From positions 32,001 to 96,000 of the IMG/VR virus record IMGVR_UViG_3300049259_000177: a stretch of 64,000 bases of DNA. One strand, given 5' to 3'. Source of the stretch: a virus. Below, piece by piece: positions 43,854-52,800 of the stretch. Position numbers and translations under genes: made by a program. The notes beneath the pieces were generated by a model. The model saw only the letters and a program-made list of their open reading frames with translations. It did no database searches and was not told the DNA's origin. How positions within the stretch are numbered: the stretch's first letter is position 1; every line of letters starts with the position of its first letter.

Positions 43854-45756
43854 TCACACGGCTCGGAGGTTGCCCCGACGGCCCGTTGCCGGGCGTGAGG
43901 CGCTCTCCTGCCAGTCCTCGGCGAGCGGGCCGGGGTCCAGCACCTTGCGAGCACGAGTAACGGCGACGTAGCGCAGCCGCAGTTCTTCCGGTGACGGTTC
44001 CTTGACCTCGCCGTCCTTGCCGGGCTTGGCCTCGAAGTCGTCGCCGATGCGGACGTTCTCCCACTCCCTGCCCTTCGCTTTGTGCGCGGTGGAGACGATC
44101 AGCGTGGCCGACGCCTCGGTGACGGCGCCGTCGAGCACGCCGAGCAGAGTCGGGCAGGAGAACTCGTTGATGAGCCGGACGAGGACCGCGAGGTCACTGC
44201 CGTCCGGGTCGCTGTCGACGTACTCCTCGACCATCGACCACGAGGTGAACAGGCTCAACTCGGGGAACGTCGTCGAGCCGTTGTCGATCAACTCCTGCGC
44301 GCCACGGATGAAGGCGCTCATCTGCTTGCCGCCGCCGACGAGGTGCACCGACGTGCCGTCGCGCTGCGCGTCGAGCGCGACCTTGAGGGCGCCCGCGTTG
44401 GTCCGGCACAGCACCGCGTCCGGCTTGTCGAGCGCGGCGACGGTGGAGAGGATCTGCGTGGTGCCCTTGATTCGCAGCGGGGTGTCCAACTGCGACAGGA
44501 AGCGGTTGGCCTCGGTGGCGATCGCCGGGCCGAAGCGGAACGACTGCGAGAGGTAGAGCACCTCGACGCCGGGCTCGCGGGAGAAGATCCCCATCGCGTC
44601 GATCGCGCCGCGCCACTCGTAGATGGCCTGGGCGCGGTCGCCGACGAAGACGCGCTGGCAGTGGGTCTGGCGGGCGACAACGCTCGCGATGACCGGGTCG
44701 GCGTCCTGCGCCTCGTCGAACAGGATGAAGTCGACGTCGAGGCGCGGGTTGCTCAACTGCCACATCTCCCTGCGACTCGGCGCGGCGACGGATGCCGAGC
44801 GTGTTGCCCTGCGTGCGCGTACGCCAGGTGGTCCGTCCGATCCGGTAGTCGTCCCCCCGTCGGGCGAGGTACACGACGTGGTTGCCGTCGGTCAGGTCGG
44901 CGTCGAGGCGCACCACGCACCGGTGTTCGGCCGTGTATGCGCTCGTGCGCCCGCGAGAGGTCGTCGCCCGCACGAGATCGCCGTCGTAGTGGCGCTGGCC
45001 GACCGCTGTGACCTTGCGGCCCTGACGGCGGATGGAACCGAGCCTGCTCGCAGCCGGGGTCCACGACATCACGTAGTCGCCTTCGCGGAGCGTCTCGATG
45101 GGCACCTCCTCGAACGACGAGCCGAGGTGGCCGCCACGGCTCACCACGCGGCGTACGAGCGTCCCGGTGGGCTGGCAGTCGTGTTGGAAGCGCAGTTGAC
45201 CGTCGGTGTCGTTCAGGTCGGCCCACGCCTTGCGGGCGAACGGGACAAGGTGGCGGGCGAGTTCGCGGTGGTTGGCGCCACGACGTTTGGTGACCTCGCC
45301 TTCGAGGCCCTCGATGAATGGCATGTGCGTGACGTCGATCTCGCGGTCGGCGGAGGAGCAGAACCGGGCGACCATCTGCATCGTGTAACGGGCGAGCACG
45401 TCCTTGGTGACGGTCTTCTCGCCGACCCGGATGCCCTCGTTGATGCCGATGATCTTCGCGGCTTGCCAGGCAGGGACGCGGGCGTTGGAGCGCAGCCGAT
45501 GGGCGTAGGTGCGGCCGACTGCCTTCATCGCGTAGGAGTGGGCCGTCCCGCAGACCATGTTCGAGGGGAAGGTCTGCTTCGCCTCACCGGCGATCGCGGC
45601 GTTGTAGGCGATGTACATGCCTCGGCGGCTCGGGGTAGCGCTCGCCATCAGTTTCAGTGTCGAGGTCTTTCCGGTGCCTGCACCGGCCTCCACGACGATG
45701 TTCTTGCGAGCGCGGAAGGCATCAACGATGGCCTGCTGCTCGGTGGTCGGGTTCAT
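43854..45756 (-). pseudogene. SF1 (UvrD/Rep-like) helicase disrupted by a truncated intein and frameshift
   Basis: Walker A AGAGTGKT in ORF 44194..45795; DEAQD, VGD..QAIYEWRGA, STAHKAKGREW and YVAVTRA in a different frame (43854..44765). Confidence 0.85.
44766..45177 (-). mobile_element. N-terminal intein remnant with the start of a GIY-YIG-like endonuclease
   Basis: CQPTGTLV...IETLREGDYV, block B TAEHRC, VVYLARRGDDYRIG; no C-terminal splicing motif. Confidence 0.8.
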
Positions 45757-45834
45757 TGCCCTGTCTCCTGTCCGGCGGGTCGCTCTCCCGCACAACCAAG
45801 ACCGTACACCCGCTTAGCGTGAGAGCGCAAGCGG
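45757..45834 (-). promoter_or_regulatory. Island promoter cassette driving the helicase operon
   Basis: 72-bp exact inverted repeat of 7328-7399; 3' part identical to 1108-1146. Confidence 0.85.
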
Positions 45835-45898
45835 AACGGCTTGAATCCGCCAGGGCCGAGTTTTACTCGGGACGGAGGACAGTTTTATTGCGCTCGAC

Positions 45899-46147
45899 TC
45901 AGGCGAAGTCGATTGTGTCCAGCGTTGAGGTGGGCACTTCCTGACCGTTCGCGTACTTGAGCCGCCTACCGGTACCCGCACTGGCCTCGCCAGGCGCAAG
46001 CGAGGTGTCGGTCGACTTCGGATAGTCGAAGTCCTCGTAGACCGCCTCGGTGAACTTCACTGGCTGGTCGACCGGAACGGCCTCCGTGAGCGCATCGAGC
46101 GCAGCCCGGTCGGCGATCTCAGTGCCGTCTTCTCGGTACAGCGCCAC
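45899..46147 (-). CDS. Small protein paralogous to the N-terminus of the IPT/TIG protein
   Basis: AAGGAG RBS; ALY.EDG...DAL...VYED...LKY..GQ. Confidence 0.65.
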   Translation of the reverse strand: MALYREDGTEIADRAALDALTEAVPVDQPVKFTEAVYEDFDYPKSTDTSLAPGEASAGTGRRLKYANGQEVPTSTLDTIDFA

Positions 46148-46217
46148 GGCGCCGCTCCTTTCGGTCGGGGTGCTACGACCTAGCATGCTACGGAGCGTCG
46201 GCCCTACGGTCGCGCCG

Positions 46218-46526
46218 TCAGTATTCGGCGCCGACGATCGACGGCGGAACCACCTCAGGCGCGTCCCCGTCGACGGCGGTGACCGTGGTGAGCCCGTGCA
46301 GTGCGGCGAGCACGCTCTCGCCGTCGGAGCAGTCGAGGTCGTAGAACGGGCCCGTCGGCGTGGCGGCCACCCGGGAGCCGTCATGCGCACGCAGCAAGGT
46401 GACCACCGGCACGGAGCCGTACACAGCACCGACGCTGCTCGGGTCGGTGTCGCTGCTGGCGAGGTCAGCCGGGTCGACGACAACGGTGTAGGGCACGTCG
46501 TCGAGCACACCCTGGACACTGAACAC
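46218..46526 (-). CDS. Small acidic hypothetical protein
   Basis: AGGAGG RBS before GTG 46526. Confidence 0.6.
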   Translation of the reverse strand: MFSVQGVLDDVPYTVVVDPADLASSDTDPSSVGAVYGSVPVVTLLRAHDGSRVAATPTGPFYDLDCSDGESVLAALHGLTTVTAVDGDAPEVVPPSIVGAEY

Positions 46527-46606
46527 GTCGACCTCCTGACCCGGGGTTACGCAGTTACGCCGTCGGTTACGCCGTAACCCGGACCATACCCGCACTCGGC
46601 GGCGCA

Positions 46607-46819
46607 TCACGCCCCCCGGAGACGCCGCGCCTCTGCAAGCAGCGCGGGTGGAGCGGCGGAGCCGAACGGGAGGTCGAGGACGCGCGCAGCAGCGGTGGCC
46701 TGGTCTACGCCGAGTGCGCGGGCCAGGTCGTCGAGGGTGGCTACTGGGCCACCGCCGGGCAGTCGCACGTCCCAGGACAGTGTCTTGATCCAGTCCTCGT
46801 TGCCCGTGGATTGCGTCAT
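46607..46819 (-). CDS. Small hypothetical protein coupled to the MuF protein
   Basis: ATGA overlap. Confidence 0.6.
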   Translation of the reverse strand: MTQSTGNEDWIKTLSWDVRLPGGGPVATLDDLARALGVDQATAAARVLDLPFGSAAPPALLAEARRLRGA

Positions 46820-49800
46820 GCCGCCACCCGCAAGCGGGGGGTGCGTTCGTCGCCCGACTGGTTCCACGCGCTGACCCGCCATTCACCCGGTCCGGCAAGC
46901 ACGACGAACTCGCTCGCCGTCAGGTCACCCATGCCTGAGCGCGGCATCGACAGGATGCGCGTGGCGGGCACTGTTCCCGCCAGCACCACGCCGACCCCCT
47001 CCGAGGTGTCTGCGAACTGCTGGGCGGCGCCACGATCCGCCGAGAACGACGACAACGGACGCATGTCGATGCTTGTCGTGGTCCCGTGTGTTGCCCACAC
47101 CGGGGCGGGGGGAAAGTCTTCCTCGGGCACGTCGGCTGGGTCCGAGAAGTGCATCCCGCGATACAGGGTCACCTGTGTGATGCCCGCTGCCGCCAAGCGA
47201 GCCTGCGTCTCCTCGTACTGCGCGCGGAGGAAGGTGCGCAGAACCGCCTCACGCTCTGCCTTGATTGCGTCGACCCTGGTTCGCACATCGGCACCTAGTG
47301 TCCACGGCGCCGCTCCCGGTAGGCCGAACTCGTCGACCGCAATCTCCTGCAACGCGAGGGCGTCCGCGTCGCTGTCGTTGGAGGTCATCGACCAGCGCTG
47401 GACCAGCCTCGACACGGCATCGCGCCGTAGGGCGGTGCGGACGGTTTCATCGCCCGGCTCGAACTCGCCTGCGGCGTCGGAAAAGAACTCGACTGTGCCG
47501 TCGTCAGCGGTCTCGCTGGACCAGCGCGAGCCGCTAAGGCTGGCGACCGTGTCCTGGCCCAGCAGGGACGCGTCCGGCACGGTCACCATCCGGGCGGCGA
47601 TGGCCGCATACACCTCCGTCTTGGCCTGGGTGCGCGCTTGCTCGCCATCCGGGCTGAGGTTCAGGTCGGCCGGATGCGCCGCTGTTCCGAGACCGGACGA
47701 TAGAAGTGCCTGCACCGAGGGATCGAGCGGTGCGCCCATACCGATGTAGTCGACCGGAACGGCGACTGCCGGTTCGACCGATCCCGGCGTTGCCCCCGGC
47801 CGGTTAGGGCCGGGGGCCGCTGCTAAAGGGGTTGCAGCACCGCCTCCGGTGACTGCGAACGAACCGCCGAGGTCGCTCGTGATGCGGACCTCGCCGTACT
47901 GGCCGGTGACGGTGCGCGCTCCGGCGACCCCCCGGCTCTTGCTTGGCGGGTTCGAGTCGCGGCCAAGGCTCGCGAGGGTGCCGAACATGAAGTTGCGCAT
48001 GTCCTCGTCGAGATAATCGCTTCCGCCGAACAGCGATTCGATGCCAGTAGTGAACACCTCGTGCGCGTCGCCCCGGCCGTAGTCCTTGCCGGTGTAGTGG
48101 CTCTTGAACTTGTCCTTGCGGCCGACTTCCTTCGGGCCCGAGTAGATCCGCGATACGGTCTCGCGGCTGCGGGCCCCGACCGCCCCGGTGGAGGTCCGCG
48201 ACCACAGGAACGCATCCTCGGCAGCGACGAGGCCGGGCACGACCCGCTCCATGTGGTGCCCGAGTTCGTGCACCGCGACCTTATTCTTCTCGTCCGGACT
48301 GCCGCCGGAAATGGCGATCTCACGCGTGGCGACGGCGTAATGGCCGCGCGCGGTACCACGTACCTTGAACGCGCCGAGAGACCGCGCTCGCTCGGCGGTC
48401 AACCAGTCGCTCGGGTACCACTGCTCGGCCCACCGCAGTGCTTTCACGCTCTGCGCACGCTCGCCGGTCGAGTAGGCCATGCCGCCGCCGGGCGGCGTGC
48501 CGACCGGCCGGATCTCGCGCAGCACGTCACGCGCCGCGTTGGCGCGTGCCTCACGGATGCGGACCTTAGCCTCCTCGCGCTGGCCGCGTGTCGTCATCCA
48601 CATCTCGCGCTGAGCCTCACGGCGGCGGTTCAAGCCTTCGAGCGCGCCGCCGGGCTCCTCGGCGGCGACAAGCGCGTCGCGCATCTCGTTGCTGATCGCG
48701 GTGAGCCGCTGATATTCGGCAACGTCGTCACGTGAATCGGCGCCGGTGCGCGAGGACTGGTCGATGAAGTGCCGCAACAGCGAGACGCGGTTGCGCAGGT
48801 TCCGTTCGTCCGGCGCACCGGAGATCTCGGATCCACGTCCCTCGTCCCAGGCACGGTCGAGGAACGGCTGGGCGACCTGCTTGCGGACATCGCGTGCGTC
48901 GCGGTCGAGTTGCGTCATCGACTTGTACGCCGCGTCGCTCTGCTGGTCGAGGCCCTCGATGTAGCGCTCCGGGTTTCCGCCCATATCCGGCAGTGCTTCG
49001 GCGAGACGGCGACCGTACTCCTCCTGCATCGCGGCGCCGACCTGGCGCAGTGCATGCAAGTGACGCATCGCCGTCTCGCCCGGGCCGTCATCGGCGGCGC
49101 GGTCGGCTACATGCTGGTTCTCGGTGATGATCTCCGGAGTCTTGCCCGCTTCGAGGTCGGCGAGGGTGAAGTCACCGAGGGTCGAGACCTGCATCTCGCG
49201 CTGGCCGAACTTGTCCGGGTCGGACGGCAGCATCGCCTGCCATGCGGCGACGCGATCCTTCCAGTCCCCGCCGGGTTCCGGAAGTGCCTCGTCCGGCTTG
49301 TTCGCGTCGATGCGGTCACCACCACCTGCGAGATGATCCGCCGCCTCGTTCGTCAACTGCTGCGCGCGCCCGTCGATGATGTCCTGCGCGCGCGAGTCGG
49401 GCCCGGTCGCCATCCGGTCGAACAGTGCGCCGAGGCTCTCGGAGTACAGCGGCGAGTTCGTGCCCGCGACCGTCGTCTTCGAGCGCATCTCGGCAAGGGA
49501 GTCGGTGAGCGCGTTGCGGTACGCCTCGCGCACCATCGTGTCGGCGTTCTTGCGTAGCGACGCGGTGCGGCCCGCGTCCTGGCCGAAGGACTGCCCGGCG
49601 ATGACGGCCGCCGCCCAGCGCGGCGACGGCTGGAAGTCGCCCTGCTGGACGAGCCGCGCGAGCGGGACGCCGTCCCACTTGTTCGCGAGAGTCGGCAGCG
49701 CGCCGCCGGACTTACCGAGATCGCTGTCGAGATGCGTCTTGAACTTCTCTAGTGCTTCCCGCCGGGCACTGAGTAGCGCATTGCGTACGCGCTGCTCGGC

Positions 49801-52800
49801 GGCCGCTCGCTCCTCGTCGGTTGGCACGTAGGTGAAGGTGCCGACATTCGCGCTCTTGAGTGCCGTCTTCGCGCGTGCAAGCGGCAGCATCGCCTCGGTG
49901 TAGTCGACCGTCGGCGGATTGCTCCGGATCTGCTCCATGACGCGGCCGACCATCTGGTGGTCGGCTTCGCCATCTAGCGGCTTCGCATCGGCGAGCGCGT
50001 TGCGGATCACGTCGTACTGGCGCGTCAACGCTTCGGAGACTATCGACTTGCTGCGGTCACCGAGCGAGTTGGCGATCGCGCGTCGCGTCGCGGAGTCGAG
50101 GTTGATGCTGCGTGGGGTCAGTTCGGAGTTCAGGTCATTGACGGCGTAGCCGTATCCGTTGACGGCAGTGCGGCGGTCACGGTGCTGTGCATCAAAGACG
50201 GCATCGAGAATCCAGCCACGGCCGTTGCCTTGCGCGAGGCTGATGTCGGTGAGCATCGCGGCACGCTGGTCGTTGAGCGCGCGGGCGATCGCCATTGCCA
50301 TGATGTTTGCGGAGCGGTGCGTCTCGCCGTCCTGGCGTTGCTGTTCCAACGCCTCAGCGGCACCGGGTTCGCGCGAGAGTAGTACCGGCTTGACGTCGCC
50401 GTCGTAGACCGTGTGGGTGTACCACGCTCGCTGGCCGTCCTCTTGTAGACCGATCTCGGTGCCCGCGATGCTCTTGCCGGTGCCCTCGTCGAAGCCCTCC
50501 GTCGGTGAGACGTTGTGCACGGTGCCGACGAACTCCTGGCCGGTCGTCGAGTTGGTGATGCGGATGCGGTCGCCGACCTGGATCTCGTTGTGGTTGATCG
50601 CCTTCTCGCCCTGGCTCTTGTCGGGCTTCTCATCGACGATCGGCTTGGGGTCCGGCGGCTGCGGGTGAATCCATACCGACCGGCCGCCCACGTAGTTGTC
50701 GGCGCGTATACCGTCGGCGGTCTCGACGTGCACCTCGATGGCGCCCCTGATGGCACCGACATTGCGGCTGCGCCGGACACGCACCACCTTGCCTGTGACG
50801 TCAAGGCTAGACGGGTCGACACCGAGCGCCTTCGCGGTCGCCTCACTGCCCGGGATGGTGACGTACATGCCCGCGCTTATCTGCGAGATCGTGCCGAGTT
50901 GCGACTTCGAGTCATCGGCCGTCGGATCGCCCTCGACCGGGTCGGGCTGGACCGTGGGGTCCTCGGCCGGGCCTGCGTCGACGGCGAGGTTAGTGCCGCG
51001 CATCACCGACACGTTGTGCGCGCGCCCGGCCGCGTCCGTGACGGCGAAGTTGACGATACGTCCGCCCTGAGAGCGCGTGGTCTCGGTTACCTTGCCGTAG
51101 ACGTCACCGAAGCGAGCCCACTGCCCGGCCTGCACATCGTGTGCGCGAGTGCCTTGCCCGCCGCCGTGCAGCAGGTGGTTGTCGAGCGCGTCGAAGGACA
51201 GTGCGGCGCGGTTGAGCGCACCGGCGCGACGCGTGCCGGACCGTTGCGCCTCGTCGCGCAACGCGGCAGCCATTGCCTGTGCCTCGTTGCGGTTGAGCGA
51301 CTGGTAGTTCAGCAACTTGTGTGCCGCGTTCCGCACCTGCGGGTCGGCGTGCGTCTTGTGCAGTTCGTAGCCGTGGATCATTCGGCGCTGGTAGGTGCGC
51401 AGCGCGACGCGCCCGGTCGGCTGCGGCCCGGGCGGGGCGGGCGTGAACGGCTGTACCTCGATGGCAGTGCCGAATGGCATCGTCTCCTCTTCGGCCGCGC
51501 CCTGGCGGCGGTAGGTGAGGTTGACGATGTCGCCGTTCTCGCCGTACGGCTCGGCGTTGGCGATCGTGACCGGCGTCGGCTGGCCGAGCGGCAGCATGAC
51601 GGTGTCGCCCGCCTGCAACTCCCCTACCGTTCCGGGCTGGCGCGGCCCGGGCGACGGCTGCGGGTTCGGTCGCCGGTCGATCTCCGCCGGGGTGACCAGC
51701 ATCGTTGGGTCGGCGTACAGCGAGTCCTTCGTGCCATCCGGGTGTGTGTAGTCGACGCGGATCATGTCGGGCTCGTCATCGTCGCGGCCGACCGCGTCGA
51801 CGTGCGCAGCGACGTCGCCCTGCGGGCCGGGTAGCATGACGTGGTCCCCCGCCTTGAGGTCGCGAATCGCGACGTCAGCCGGGGGTGCCGACATGACGGG
51901 TGCGTCGTCGCCAGGCTCGGAGACGACCGACAGGCCACTCGCGTCGAGGGTGTGCCAGTTGTCGCCGCCGTCAGGCGAGTAGTAGAGAGTTTGCAGGCTC
52001 AGCGTCGTGCCGTCCTGCAAGACCCCGTAGTCGTCGAAGATGTGCTGCGGCTCGACGTGGTTGTCCGGCGCGACCTCGTCGGCGACGAGGATGAGACCCG
52101 CCTGCGACCCAAGTTCGTCGAGTCGCGAGTCTTCCCCGAGTGAGTCTTCGTGCGCCAGGTTCTCGTCGGTGTAGGCGAACGAGTCGGCGGAGTCCTCGGG
52201 GTTGTGGGTGTCCGCATCGGCCCAGTAGCGCCCGGCCTGGCCGCCGAGGATGCCGTGAACGATCTCGTCGGCGGTGATGTCACCGTTGAGCATCCGGCGT
52301 GCGTACTCCGGCGGGACGTTGATGACCATGCCCCGGTTGAGGGTGCCCGGTGGGTAGCGGTCGGGCAGCACGTTCGTCGGCGTTCCTGGCACGTCAGTCT
52401 GTGGGGCCGGAGTGCTGGCCGGAACGGACTGCGGGCCACCGAAGCCGAACTCGTTGATGTCATTGCCGTCCCAGCGGATGTCACCGGCCCGCACTCGCGT
52501 GCTGTAGACCGGCCAATCGTTCGCTGGGTTGTCGTCGTTGATGGCGTGCTGCTGGGCATAGGTCTGAGACAGTGTGACCCAGTCGCCCGGGTTGATGTGC
52601 GTGACGCCCGGAGGCGCAGCGCGGTAGATGGTGACCAGCGCTTCCGGATTGCCGCGTGCGGCGCGAATCGCGGCCTCGGACTCGTCGTCGTAACCCATCT
52701 CCGGGTCGCCGTACTTGTGGAAGTGCATGTTGTCGTAGAAGTCGGCACTCGTGACCATGCCTCCGCCGGAGTCGGTGGCGAGCAGGTTGTCCAGCGACGG

